Below, in pieces: positions 22,654 to 36,963 of a stretch of DNA of 64,000 nucleotides. Every line of letters begins with the position of its first letter. Position 1 is the first letter of the stretch. A model generated the notes under the pieces. That model was not told the origin of the DNA, did no database searches, and was given only the letters and a program-made list of their open reading frames with translations. The stretch lies in NCBI GenBank assembly GCA_010093605.1, contig MU004184.1:444801-508800 (forward strand). Reading direction: 5' to 3'. Position numbers and translations under genes: made by a program. Source of the stretch: Lophium mytilinum. Its lineage: Eukaryota.

Positions 22654-24754
22654 CTAATCCACACCCAACAAGTCCCCATTCTTCTCACTAAGAGAACCAC
22701 CAGACGCCCCATTCAGCGCCACCATCTCCTCATACTCCACCGCAATCCCCACACTCCGGTGATGTCCCGCCCCCAGCGCCTCCACATGGCTCTCCTTCGC
22801 CCTCAGAAACGCCTTCTCCGCCTCCTCATTCCGCTCCAAGTCCCGCAGAATGTACGCCTGCTGCTTGATACTCGCCACCATCGCCTGGTGCACATCCCGC
22901 TTATACATCTTCTTCCGCGCCTCCAGCGCAAACGAATTGTGCTTCAACGCCTCCTCGTTCTTGCCCTGCAGGTTCAGCGCCGTCGCGAGGCGATAGAGGC
23001 TGAGTAGGTTCCACGCATGGCTTGCGCCGAGCGTCGCCGTGAAGATCCTCGAGACTTCGCGCTGCACCTGCTCGGCCTCGGCGTACTTCCCGTGTGCCTG
23101 GTAGACGCGGCCGAGGTCTGATTTGGCGACCAGCGTCTCCGGATGCTCGGCGCCGAGGGTGCAGACCTTGGCTTCCACGACACGGAGCTGCAGCGCTTCG
23201 GCGGTGGGGTAGTTGCCGCGCGCGATGTGGTTGACGGCGAGGTTGCGGAGGCAGTTGAGGGTGCGGGCGTGGCTGGCGCCGACGGTGGCGTCGGAGTCGA
23301 CGCGGGCGCGCTCGAAGACGGCGTGGGCTTCGTCGTAGCGGGATTGCTGGTACAGCGACTCGCCTAGGCTGGTGAGTAGGGCGGGGAGGGCGTGGCGCTC
23401 GTCGCTGTTTACGTTGACGCTGTCTACGGCTTCGCGGAGAGTACGTTCGGCTTCGGCGAGCTTGCCGTCGGTTGGGTTGCGGTGGGCGTTTAGGACGTGG
23501 CCGTAGCGGGATTGGGTCCAGAGGGTTGAGCTGCGGTGCGGTGGGAAGAGTCGGGCGTTGATTTCTTTGGCTTCGGAGACGGCGCGCTCGGCGAGCTCGA
23601 GGAGACCGACTTCGGTGCATTCGGAGGCGAACTCGTTGAGAACGCCGACTCGCGTGAGAAGGTATTCACGATCTTCGCCCTCATCGCAGGTGCTGTAGAG
23701 AGCTTCCGGGACGGGATGATCAAGGATGATGGCGTGCACATGTGGAGTCAAGGCCGGGAAGTTGTCCAAGAGGCTAGCCCTATTGCTGTGGAAGACGTAG
23801 TGCAGTACTTCTACAGCCCGTCGGTGCCAATACTTCTTCTCGGAGCAAGCGTCAATCCAGACTGTGGCCGACAGTTGGACAATCCTATTCATGGAATACC
23901 TGTCGCCGCTGGCATCTTCGGTGATGAAACCATATTCAAGGAGCATATCGAGACTATCACCAGAGCTTCTCAGTTCATTGTTGGTGGCAGTCGCGCTGTT
24001 TCGATGCCCGGATCGTAAAAACCGGAGAGGGTTTGCACTCTTCGTCGGCTTTGGTGTCTGGACCTGGACAGGGACCGGCGTCGGCTCCTTCTCTAGGACA
24101 CTCTTGAATAGAACCTTCGGGATAGACTTGTTGTTGAAGACGCTCATAAAGCAGAGGAGACGGATCGCGGCCGGATTCAGCCGCGACACCTGGATGAACG
24201 AGATCTGCAGCAGAGATACGATGGCTTTGACGATTGAGCTCTGACAGGCCTTTTGGTCAGACTCGAGGTCGATGAGCATTTCGTCATCCCGGAGGTTCCT
24301 AAGGAAAGAGGCGAGGATCGGATCAGGCTGAGCTGGTCCGTCAGGCTGAGTCTCCGCAAGTTGAGCTGTTGGCAGAGGCAGATGCTCAAAGATGGCGACT
24401 AGTTCGTTCGCTTCGTCCTCTGGGAAGTCGAATTGAAGCCTCTTCTTGAGCCAGCGGATCTCTTCGGCCTGAGACAGCTCGGACGTGTCGTTGTCTGCTG
24501 GGTTCCGTCCAGGGCGGGAACATAACTTCGAGAGTGTTAGCGAAGCTCTGTCCACATTACAATGTAAAGGCTCCTACCTTGTCTTTGAAATCTCGCATCA
24601 AGTTTGAGATGGCACGATTCAAGGCCTGTTTGCTCTCGCGGCGTCGTGAAGCCAACTCGTCTGGACCCATCATGACCCCATGCATCGCAGGCGCCGGAAC
24701 CTCATGTTGAGACGAGGATGAAGATGAAGAACCGAAACACAGACGGCTGAGCAT
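22654..24754 (-). CDS. TPR (kinesin-light-chain-like) protein with NLR winged-helix region but no P-loop; intron 24577-24526; ~682 aa
   Basis: SF..V....AA.RLL.FMS.F....IP and YSMNRIVQL motifs, then LGAEHPETL-type TPRs; no Walker A in the frame. Confidence 0.85.
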
Positions 24755-26137
24755 TTTCGCAGAGAGAAGAGAAGAGACTTTGATGAGGAGGCTGAAGTCG
24801 AGAGAGGGACAGAAGAGGATGGGGTTGATAGCTCGGTCGCGGGGCTGATGTAGAGGGTGGTGCAGCTCGTATCAGGCTAGGAGCCCCGCTTTTTGTCTGC
24901 CTGACGCCCTCTAAGCTCACTCGACGGCCGCGCTAGTGAATAGTCACTTTCAACTATTTTGCCTACTTTCGATAACCAATAAGCCGTTTTGGAGGGCTAC
25001 ATCGCAGCAAGTCAAGCGTAATAAGCTTCCTGAGACAGCACTGCTGCATTTTGTGCCAGAGACGCGGGTCAACAATGCTTCTAGATTCCAAAACAGATTC
25101 TGAAGGCCCCGTAATATCTATTGGTACGGTGACGTGTGTACCTTTTGGTTCGGGGGACGCCACAGACGCCTGGATTGAAGATGGGAGGGACGTTTGCGAA
25201 CCGCTAGAATCAGCTCTGCCACCGCCACCATGCGCACTAACTCGCATCGTACCATTGGCAAGGCATTCTCCTTACGAGTGACTTGACGATAGCCAATCAA
25301 ATGCATTGGAATCCAAATTCCCATAAACATTAGTATCTAAACAGTATGGCCAAAACGCTTCTGTCCACTTCCGTACGCTGTTCGAGTGAAAATCCAGATA
25401 AAGCCGTCCACCATTTCCCCTTGGGACTAACTCTCATGCCATCATGATAGATGCAAGAGTCTTACCCCCTCCAGTGGTTATTGTATCTTGTAAATGCTGC
25501 GAACCAAAATGCTATTCTGGTCAATAAAATTTCTCTCGTCAACTTCCAGTACCATAATGTACCCTTGCAGCCACCTACACGCTGCCCACAGGATGCGAGA
25601 TGGGGCTGTGCAAGGTAGACGTGGGACGATGATCTGCTAGATGATATCTTATGTAAGAAAGACAGTCTATCTCGTCGTCTCGTCCTCTGAGCAATGCTTC
25701 ATCGATGACCATGGGGTGGAACACGTGCTGGCATCCACAAATGAAAAGCCGGGGATTTCCTCAAACCAATGTCACCCAGCTCTGCAGTCTTCTAGAGCGG
25801 TCATTTTGCTTCCCCATTTCTAATTCTCTTCAGATGATTGGAATCGAGCTCCTTTCGCGAAAACACGTGATTGTCACGTGACTGTGCCTCCTTAATTGGA
25901 AGCATTAAGGATGTTCCTATCGCATTGGATTAAGCTGTGATCCGGACTAGATAATTATACTGAGTTTAAAGAACTATGTTGTTTGACTTGGGTGATGAAA
26001 GATGGAGATATAGGACAAAGTGAAATGGTGGAAGTTTGGATAGGAAGGAGAAGATACTGCTATTCGGTTTTCGAAACTCTTCAATAAAAGAAGCATAGTA
26101 CCTATTTCCACTTACTTTCGATTCGAATTGACCAAAC

Positions 26138-26942
26138 TCAGAGATATCGATGCCCTCCTAACACATCCACACCTTCAGCGCGCACAGGATCTTTGAACAA
26201 AATCCACCCACTCCCCAAATCCGCCAACGGATTCCCCTCCCCTTCCGTACACATCCCCACCTCCTTCCCAAAGCCCATACGCTTGTAGAACCCACGCCCG
26301 GAGGCAGACGAGATGAGGCTCACGCAGACGTCCTGCTTCTGCGCCTGCTCGAGCCCCCACTGCAACAACTCCCTCCCAAACCCATGCCCCTGGTATTTCG
26401 GATGGACGCCTAGCACATCTAGGAAGTACGTATTGGCGCGTTCGCCCTGCCAGTGGTGCTGGAAGAACGGGAAGGAGTCGTAGAGGGGGCTCGCGAATTT
26501 GGGGTCGGGGTTTGCCGCGCGATTGGGGCTGATGAGGAGGGAGAGGTTGTTTAGGAGGGCCATCGCTGGTTTCATCGCTCTGCCTAGAGCCAATTTATTA
26601 GCCCGCATGTCATTGAGAGTTGCTGAAGGGTTCGTTGAACGTACGAGGATCCCACCACGCCATCGCGGGCTGCACGCTGCCTTGGAGCTCCCATTCTGCC
26701 ACGCCAGCCACGACCTCCTGCTTCCTTCCGTCTGTGAGTTCCGTCGTAGTTGCCACGTAAAAAACGCGTGTGTAGTCCCACCAGTTCTCACGAGTGCGTC
26801 GCAGCCAGAATTTGGCATAGTCGGCTGGAAACTTGGCCCGAAGAGGGTGCATCAGGTCGCCCCAGAGCTCGTCTTCCAAGGCGATCGAGCATAATGCTGC
26901 TATGGCTGGGAGGTCTGCGTATCGGGCAGGGCGGATTGGCAT
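26138..26942 (-). CDS. GNAT family N-acetyltransferase; intron 26644-26584
   Basis: MPIRPARYADL start; LGVHPKYQGHGFG acetyl-CoA motif; GRGFYKRMGF. Confidence 0.9.
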
Positions 26943-27687
26943 TTTGAGATCGAGAAAGGAGAGTACCTAAGATTCAGGTACGATGGCGTCCGCCATGGCT
27001 GCTTGCGGTCATCTCTGTTGTTAAATGCTACTGCATTGTGCTGTTAGTGAACTCATTGAAGCCAGAAATGGCGAACATTCCGATTAGTTGGTGAGTGAGG
27101 TGGAGTGCCTCTCACGTCAGCTGTCAGGTTACATCGCGGTGGTGTTGGTGCGATGGTTCTATAAAGGCGCTTCGTCCGGACAGGAAAGCATCGCGGAGCC
27201 GTGTGGGTAGATGCGTGCGAGAGCGCACTGCTTTTCTGTCCTTGGGGGTTATTTGTGTACGTTTGGAGATTTGGAGAAGGCCAGTACTGACACGACGCCT
27301 GAGAAGTCCACGCGATGTGCCCCGTCACGAGGCATTCTACAACAACGACATTAACGACCACCATCCATTCTCTCAATCCAATTCAAACCCGCGGTACCCA
27401 AACCATCTATGGCATCTTTGGTAGTATCCAGAATAGAGAAGCTAGTAGTATTAAATCACGTCCAGAAGCAGCATCGGTCTACGACAGGATGAAGATGCAA
27501 GTTTCAGCCTTGCAGGTGGCCCTCAGCCTCAATACCTGCAAGCCAATCATCGAAACTGCCTTGCGGTAGTAGGCCAGCAGGCGTAGGTAGATTGGAGCGC
27601 TCCGCTGCGCCCGTACGCTTCCTTTCAACACTCATCGCATCTTTCCCATTCATTTTCGTACCATTTTTGTTCATTTCAGCTCTCACG

Positions 27688-30600
27688 ATGGCAGATCCGC
27701 TCTCCATCGCAGCCAGCGTTCTCGCTGTTGTAGGTGCAGCCGGCAAGGTTCTGGCAGGCCTACATTACATCGCGGAGCAACGACAAGGTCCCCAGATTTT
27801 CAAGGACCTTTACTCTCGGGTATGAAACCAACCGACTTAGCTACGCAACGACACTAATATCGTTACCAAGGTCCGCGATATCGACAGGATCCTCACCACC
27901 ATTCAAGAGCCTCTCAAGCAAGCCCGAGACGAACCAGCGACCCGAACCGCCCTTGTCGAATTGCAGCGCAACATAGACCAAGTCGCAGGCATCCTGAAAG
28001 ACATCGATACCTTAATCTCTAAAGTCCAGAGCGGCGATGGAACGAGCGAGCCAAGCATATCTACCCGAAAATGGATGCTGAAGCAAACCACGTTCAAGAC
28101 GAGGATGGAGTCTCTCCGAAACGCGGAAATCAAACTCCAAACCTCCTTGTCGTCAGCTATGTTCTCGCAAATGTGAGTGATGACCGCCGCGAAAGGATGC
28201 AACCAGTTCATGCTAACAACACGCCCTTAGTTTCTCCGGGACAGCAACGCAACCAATCGTTCCCACCGTCCGATCTCCTGTCTGGACTGTGCCCTATCGA
28301 CAAGACCCCGATTTCATCGATCGACCCGATATTCTGTCCAAATTAGAGCAGCTCTTGGCCAACCCAGCGTCGAGAGCAGCTTTGGTGGGCTTTGGAGGTG
28401 TCGGAAAATCGCAACTGGCGATAGAATACGCATTTCGAGTGCAAGAAAAGTCGCCGCACACATCTGTATTCTGGGTGTATACCGCCACCGCTGAGAGATT
28501 CGAGGGCGCCTACCGGGAGATCGCCGATAAGTTAGACATCAAGGGACGCCATCAGGCCGGTACAGATATCAAGAGGCTTGTATCCATAGCATTGAGCGAC
28601 GATTCCTATGGCGAGTGGCTTATGGTTGTCGACAATGCGGATGACCTCACCTTGTTCGACAGAACAGATCCTTCCTCCGAGTCGCTAGCGGATTACATCC
28701 CCCAGAGTAGGCATGGACGCGTGTTAGTAACATCTCGGAACAAAGCCGCTGCAACTTCAATCGTGGGAAGACACCAAGATGTTATCAATGTTGATGAGAT
28801 GAGTCAAGATGAAGCGATGTCTCTTCTGAAAACAAAGCTAGCCATCACATTCGACGAAGACGACGCTTCAGAGCTTCTGACAGCCCTTGGTAACGTGCCG
28901 TTAGCTCTCTCTCACGCCGCAGGCTACATCAACGAACACACCCCTCACGTAAATATTCTGGAATATTTACGGATGTTCAAGGAAAGCGATGGTGGCGATT
29001 TGGGTCTGCTCGAAGGCGAGCGTAATGACAACCGAAGGGACAGGCATTCGTCCAACGCAATTGCCACGACACTACAGATGTCATTCCGACACGTCGAGAA
29101 AGCGTCTCCACTGGCCGCTGACATATTACGCTTGATGTGTTACTTCGATCGTCAGTACATACCGACCGAGCTGATCCTCGATCCTTTCATTTCTGGCCAT
29201 GACGATAATAACAACGATGATACCGCTGGCCAGGCACTGAAAGAAGGTACTGAAAGACTCCGAGAATGCAGCCCAAGTAGAATGTCAGGACCTAGGCGGA
29301 CTTTGAACCAAAGATGGCACAGCTTTGGTACCAAGCTCAAGAAACGGCGCGAAAAGCCTCGCATCAGCATCGCCAGAGCCCATGCTATCGGTACACCAAA
29401 CAAAACCTTAAACCCTACTTCCCAACAGACCTTCCAGGCCAGCGAAGTATACACTGGACTTTCGACTTTAGTCAGCTATTCACTCATTTCTCTCACTACA
29501 GACGGAGTAGCGTACAGTATGCACCGTCTCGTCCAACTAGCAGGACGGAAATGGTCAATGTCTCAGCCGGCAACTACGCTGTGGCCTCTCAAGGCAGGTG
29601 TATCTATCTCAAATGCGTTTCAACACGCTTATTTCGATATTGATTTCCCAAGAATTCGAACCATCCTTCCTCATACCCAAATGGTATTGCAAGATAGTCT
29701 CACGGTGCTAGGTCCCAAGCCAGCCCGCAATCAAGAGCGGAATGCCCAGAAGTATTGGAAAGTTCGCGCTCAAGTCTTATGTGGACTTACAGATTATCAC
29801 CTTTATCATAACCCAAACCGAGTTTCGGAGTCCGAAATCCGCGAATCCAATGAAATATTCAATACTATATACGGGTCTCACCACGTAGACACTCTATGGG
29901 CTCGGCATACCCTCGGAACCGCGATCGCCCGAGAAAATCCTCATTTGGCCTTGGAAACGTTTCGAGAGCTTTTGGAAACACTTCAGAAATACAAGATTGA
30001 TGACAAAGCGCTGGAAGCAGCGGTTTACAATTGCATCGGGAACTTCTTGTCCAAAACAGGCGAATTTGAAGAAGCTAAGCAAAGTTACCAGAAGGCGATC
30101 GACCGAGGGGCTAAGGAGTACAGTGACCAATTTCTGGCCGCGCGTAATTTTGCATTGTGTGATAGGGACCTTGGTAATTTCACCGAGGCGGAACATCGTC
30201 TTAAAAGCGTCATTGCGGAGCTAGAAACTACCTTTCCAGAGTCGATGTATGACTTGTTGTCATGTAAATCTGCTCTAGTGGGCGTTCTCGTGCAGCAAGG
30301 AGAGTATGCCCTCGCCGAGCAGCTAGGTCGCCCAACGCTTGAGAGTATGGAGAGCATTGTGGGACCTGACCATCCAGGAACCTTCCTGCTGAAGTACCAA
30401 CTTGGAATCTGCCTTTTTAAGCTACGCCGGTACGAAGAAGCTTTTGCCCTTAGTCAGCAATGTCTTCTAGCACGGGAGCTTTTGTATGGGCCTGTTGCCA
30501 AACGTACTTTGATGACAATTAGGTGGCAAGGAAGAATCTCCGAAGCGATGTGGAACTACGCAGATGCCGAACAAGCGTATCTTCGGGTAGCTGAGGGCTA

Positions 30601-31021
30601 CGAGCAAGTATATGGCGTGGAGCACAAAAGAACGGTTGCGGCTCGCAAATGGCTAGGAGTCTTCCAGCTGAAATTAGAGGCACGGGAACTGTGTACAGTA
30701 GGGAGTTACGCAGAAGCCGAGCGACTGTATGCTCGCACGGCTGAAGCCGAGAAGAAGAAATGGGACGCGGATGATCCTGTTTCGCTCGACACTATCAAAG
30801 ACCTCGAATCCGTGCGGGCGAAGATCAGAGAGCAGGCAGGCAATTCATCTCAGCTCACAATCGAAGCGTCGATGCACAACACCGAAGCCGCTCCCCAAAT
30901 CAAACCCGTCGGCGAACACACTGGACAAGCAGCCGCCGAAGTAGGTCAACCTCGGTCAGATGTCCCGACGGTGCCTCCACAAGATATACCCGACTCGTCT
31001 CAGGGACCTTCTTCTCCCTAG
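27688..31021 (+). CDS. Fungal NLR: N-terminal helical (HeLo-like/SesA-like) domain, NB-ARC, TPR; introns 27820-27870 and 28173-28230; ~1074 aa
   Basis: MADPLSIAASVLAVV start; Walker A GFGGVGKS, Walker B WLMVVDNADD, VLVTSR, GNVPLAL, MHRLVQ; GPDHP-type TPRs. Confidence 0.9.
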
Positions 31022-31862
31022 CCAGGCTCCGCGAATCCACCAACAGCTTCACACGAAATGCTTCAGTATCCCTTCAACCTCACTTCTTTCGGCACAGCTC
31101 TCGACACCTCATTTATACAGCTGGCAGGTACTTTTTGATCGTCTGAATACTCGATAGGAGATCGGATTTCTTTGACTTACACTTCTAATTGAGATCCTCA
31201 CGTGCGGCATTGCAGAATAAACGGACAGCGACTATACCCACTTTCATAATGCTTTCCCTACTTCCATTTCCCATAGGTTCATAGCAACATATTCCCACAA
31301 TTTCCTACCCTGCTTCGTGCTCCTCGTTTTAAGTGATTTGAGTCACGTGACTGTACTCATTCCCTTAGAACTTTCACGAACATCGTACTAACACGTACTT
31401 TGGCGGCTTTATGTAAAGGTATGTCATTGAGAACCAGATTACTGCTGCTCGAGACTCCTCCCCCAATCTTAACTTTTCCTAATACTCATCCGCTTCACGT
31501 GATCACGTGCCAGAAAGCTGCTTCCAGCAACCTGCGCTATGATTTCTTCTATTATGCCTCATGTACTTTCCTTGCGCTATTCTATTACAGAGCACTCTCG
31601 TATACGCTTTCGCGTAACCTCATAGCTCATTATCTTCGTCTATATCACATGACCTAAACCCGAGAGCTTTAAGATTTCCAACAACTGTCAGCACGCAACC
31701 TCATCCAACAATAACGCGCACTCTCTATTGCTCTCTTCAAACTCAGCATTCCTCTCCCACTACATTCTCATCACATAGCTCCCCTCATAACCTTCACACC
31801 AATCATAATTCATCAAATATTATACACATTATTTTTCCCCCATATACACTGCCCCCTCTTCC

Positions 31863-34800
31863 TCAACTCCGCCAAACCCTCCACCCCCTTCCCCTCTTCT
31901 TCTCACACTTTAAGTCCTGCTTCCCCTCATCCTGCTCCTCCTTCCCCACAATCCTGATAAACACCTGATCCAGCGTCGTCGGCGAGATGGAGTAGTACTC
32001 GAAGCCCAGCTTCTCCTTGTTGGCTTCCAGGAGCGCGAAGAGGGAAGCGATGCCGCCGCTCCCGGGCTGGGCTTCGCTATCGACTTCTTCGACGCTCTCA
32101 GTTATCCCGGGGGAGATCTCTTTCGTGCCTTGGTTTGGTGGAGGTGGTGGGGGGTGGTTATAGGCAGATTGCACGACTCTGAAACGTAGTTGCCCATGGC
32201 CGCCCCATTCTCTCCTCTCCAACCCCCCCTCTCCATCCTCCACCACCGCCCCCCTCACATTCCCCCTAACCCACTCCCTCACCCTCCCCATCTCCCCCTC
32301 CCCCGTCCCCGGCGCACTCCCCAAAACCAAATGCACCCCCCACTCCCCCCCCCACCTTCCCCTCAACCCCCCCGCCGTCCCAACCGCCAACAACCTCCCC
32401 CTCATAATCCCCACCCGCGTCGCCAACCGATCCGCCTCCTCCATACTATGCGTCGTCACCAACACCGCCCTCCCCGGCGCCGCCACCCCCAGCAACGTCC
32501 GCCACATCCCCCGCTTCGCCGCCGCATCCATGCCCGAACTCGGCTCATCCAGCAGCAGCGTGCTCGGATTCCCCATCAGCGCGATCGCGAGGGACAACTT
32601 TCGCTTATTGCCCCCGGAGAGCGTGGTAGCGGGGCGAGCGGCGAAGGCGGTGAGTCCGACGGCTGTTAATATAGTGGAGAGGTTTTGGGGGATGTCTGCG
32701 ACGCCGCGCGCGCGGGCGTAGAAGTGGAGGTGCTCGGCGACGGTCATGGGGTCCATGGCGTCGAATTGGGGGCAGACGCCGAGGCGGCCGCGCGCGGCGG
32801 CGCGGTGGGTGATGATGGACGTGTCTTCGATAAGCACGTCGCCGCCATGATGCGAAGGGCGGAGGTCGCCGCGGATGAGGGAGATGGTCGTTGATTTGCC
32901 GGCGCCGTTGGGGCCGAGGAGGGCGAAGACGGCGCCGTGGGGGATGGAGAAGGAGAGGTCGGTGACGGCGGGGACGCTGGCGAAGGATTTGGAGAGGTGG
33001 AGGACGCGGAGGCCGCTGGTTGGGGAGGTGGTGGTGTGGGCGGTTTCGGCGGCGACGTCGGGGGGGATGGGGTGGGTTTCTTCTGGGTGGGGGGTGCGGT
33101 GGCGGGAGGGCAGGGTGAGGAAGGGGGGTTTGTAGCCGGAGTCGTACCAGATTAGGAAGGTTAGGAGGAGGAGGGATTGGAGGAGGAGATAGAGGATTGG
33201 GCCGCCGTAGACGGTTATGGAGCCTGGGTAGGAGGCGACTTCTTTGCCGCGGCAGAGGAGGGAGAATTCGTTGAGCGCGAGGAGCATGCTGCGGAGGAGG
33301 TTGCCGGCGGGGGTGATGGTGGCGAAGATGAAGTGGGAGAGGGTGAGGTCATGGTCGATTCGGTTGGCAGGGGAGTACGTGAGGATGCTCATGTACCTGG
33401 AGCAAAGGTTAGTAAACATCTGGTAAGTTTCGAAGTCGTGCAGCTCACATTATGAAGTATATGAGGTAAAAGACCGCTTGGCCTCCAGCAACAAAAGCGA
33501 ACGCGGCCAATTGAGACGTGACGAAGAGCGAGACGACGTATGCTATCAGAATCGAGACGAGTCCGTAGAGGAAAAAGACCACGAAGAGGTAGCCTGGCGC
33601 ATACCACGCGCTTGATGCCTAGGAACTGTCAGTGAATAGTCTACGAGGAGAGTGGACTGAAAAGAAAGACAACCCGGTGATACGTACTCCGACAAATATT
33701 CCAGTCACAATCGCACTGATAAACAGCACGAACATGAAATCGAAGGCCAAATACGCCATCCAAAGAGGAGCAGCTCGGATGCCGTTGCTGTAATGCAGTG
33801 CCCTCACTTTCCTCAGTCTTTCCACAGTAGGATAGAGTGCGCAGAATCCCGGGTAAGCGGCCATCGCAAGCCCGAAATACAGTATTAGCTGAAGAGTCTG
33901 TCCAGCACCTGGAGCAAAAGGAACCGCGAAGCTTTGATATGCGGTATTGATTGGAATCTGGGTGAGAACATTCGACAAAACGTTCTGTGCTACTATAGCA
34001 TTGATGATGTCGCCATTCCCAACGTATGTGATGAGTGAATTCGTGCCAGCAGTATTAGAGAGGAAGAATCCGCCGGGCGTGACATTGTGGTAATGACTCG
34101 AGACGAAATCCTGGAATTCTCCGACGGTGTCTAACAGATGGAAAACAGAAGTGTTTTGGCCCGTCCTCTTGGCTATATCTTCAATTGAGACCAGAGACGG
34201 CGGTCCAACGGGGATGAAAGCCGTGCCATGCGTGGTGTTGAGAGAGAGAATCGTGGGTGATGTTGATTGTGCGCCCGGTTCGCAGCCGACGGCAGAGAAA
34301 TTGCTGATGAACAATGTCACAAGTCCAGCAGTAATTATGGGAATGAGGACCGCGACGACGTAAGGGAGGTAGTTGCGACGGAGGATAGTGACTCTCTTCA
34401 GGAACAGTATCCATGTCTGTTGGGGCATGGTAGTTCCTACCCCAGTCGACATTTGAAGTCCCTTCTCATCCTGCGACGACCCGTCTGAAAGAGGTACTCC
34501 ATCCAGATCCCTGCGCGAAGTGTCAGATCGAAGAGTATTAGGCGTGTCGGGCTCGTCCTCTTTGATCTCTTCCGCTAGATTGAGGAACACATCTTCGAGC
34601 GTAGGTCCGCTGATATCGTAGCCTTGAATGCCCTGTCTTTCAAAACTATTCACGAGCTGAGATGTCTCGCCAGAGTCTTTCGGCAGGAAAGTAGTCTGGT
34701 CATGGGACCTTTGTATGGGAATGTCCTCGAACTCTGCAGAGGCGTTGTACTTGAGATTTGCTGGTAGAGTCACTCGGTACCCGCCGCCATGATGATGCTT

Positions 34801-36963
34801 CAACTCGACCGCTGAACCTTCGGCTTTCAGGTGGCCCTTCGAGAGCATGACTATGTGATCAGACAAAACGTCAGCTTCGTCAAGGAAATGCGTCGTAAGA
34901 AGCAGTGTCCGGAAGCCTCGTTCCGCGAGCAATATATCCCAAATCTTCCTCCGAGATAGAGGGTCGAGTCCGGAGGAGACCTCATCAACGCAGCACACTT
35001 TGCTCCCGCCCGTGAACATCATTGCAAGCTGTAGTTTCCTTTTCTGTCCTCCGGAAAGAGTCTCCGATTTTGCCTTGAGCTTATGACCGAGATCGCAGGC
35101 TTTGACGAGTTCCTCAATCTGGACTTTCCCGTCGGTTCCGCTCATAGATTTCAACCGGTTGAATATCTGAACGTGTTCAAAGACAGTAAGCTCGTCCCAC
35201 AGTACATTCTTCTGCGGGCAAAGGCCGAGCCCTCCGGTCCCGTCAAGCTCGATGGAGCCGCTGGTGATGCTGTTGAGGCCGGAAATCGCATCAAGGGTCG
35301 TAGATTTCCCGCTGCCGTTTGCACCCAAGAGTACCATAATCTGGCCTCGGCGGGCGGACCAGCTCACATTGTTGACGGCGTAGACAGTTTCTTTTGTCTT
35401 GAATCCAAGCTTCGAGAGTACTGCGCGTCGGAACCAGCTCGGCTCGAAATGCTTGGAGAATTTGATTATTTCGATGGCATTCTGGCTATCGGGCGCGGAA
35501 ATGGCAGTCTTGCGGTCTTTGGATGCGGTTCCATATAGCCATCTCTCGACGAATGCGCCTAATACGGGATACAACAGGATCTGGATGATGAGAAACACCC
35601 AAAGGGCGATGCCAGGAAGTTGCCAAGGGTTATTTGGGGCGCCTTTGACGAGATTTGTAGCTCGAGAAACCTTTTCGAAATGCGCCATGTAGATGATGAA
35701 GAATGTGTAGTTCATCGGTGGGAAGAGTAGACTCATGATTGCAACTGCGCCAGTGCTGTAGGGTCCGGCTACCTGCGCAATGATCGCGAGGACGATGGAG
35801 GCGATCGTTATAGTGATTCCGGATAACTGGGCTTTATGAAAGAAGCTCGCGCCAAATATCGAGAAACTAGAGAGTGAGAATCCCGCCAAAACTTGGTAGA
35901 AAATGAGAATCGCGACCGATGTGGTTGGAAACGCCAACCGTTGCATTATAATAGACATTATGATCCATCCTGGAAGATAGATGATATCGAAAGCGAGATG
36001 ATTTGAAAGAAGGCGGGCTGCCTGCGTATGCCAACCCTTCGAAGCCGGAGTCATAGCTTCGATCAACTGAGATATACCTAACTCACGCTCCGATGCCATC
36101 TGGCCTGTAAGTTGATACGTAACTCCACAAATACCAATGAAAAATGCAACAGCAAGGATATTGATCAGGGCCTGCATGTATAAGTGGCGCACTTTTACGT
36201 CGCGCTCATGAGCAGTCTCGGATGTGAACGGGTACTCGTCAACCGCTTGAGGCAGCTTCGTCTGGTTCAAGGACGCAATCGCGGTATCGATTGCGTGCTG
36301 GAAAGGCAGGATATATAGCTCAGCGTCGTTATCATGACGATTGACGTATATCCGCTCCCCAAGATTACCATCTGATCTAAGGGTATAGTTCCACGTTCCA
36401 GCTGCGCCTTCGGTAGGGGATCCGTGGAAGCTGACGGCGCCATAGCAGGTGCTAACTCCGCGCAAAGAGCTTGGGCAGATCGTGAAGAGCTCTTCGTCTG
36501 TTTCCGCAATTTGTACTTTCTTTCCAGCACCGGTAACAAGCGACGACACAGAGCTGATCACATCCCCAATCTGCCCGCCAGTATGACCATTGTTTATGAA
36601 GACTACCGTGTTCCTTCCTCCCTGAGCAGCGGCCAGCGCATTGTCCAAACTTCTTACTGGTACCGGGGATCCAATTCCGAACTCTGATGGGGGGACGAAG
36701 AAATTCTTAGCGTAGGAAATGAAGAACATCTATATCAATGACAAGTCAGCAGGCGGCTAGCAATTTACTGTCCATCTCGCTCAACTTGAATTCAAATCGC
36801 GGGATTTGAGACGCTATCCCATGGGATAGACAGTATGGGATTCGGCACTGACAAACACAATGGGCAAGAGAAACGCCCGCAAAGTAGTCGCGAACCAGTG
36901 CCGGACAAACACGATCAGGAGGTTCTTGTACGTGAGTGTCCATGTCTGCCGGAGGAATGCCAT
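31863..36963 (-). CDS. ABCA-subfamily ABC transporter; introns ~36852-36730, 33687-33619, 33448-33397
   Basis: Two NBDs (GANGSGKS/LSGGQKRK and GPNGAGKS/LSGGNKRK), GLCPQKNVLW and GVCPQFD, TLEDVF; N-terminal QTWTLTYKNLL. Confidence 0.93.

Noticed and set aside
22901..23620. Long Arg/Pro-rich alternative-frame and antisense ORFs inside real genes
   Set aside because: By-products of high GC3 codon bias
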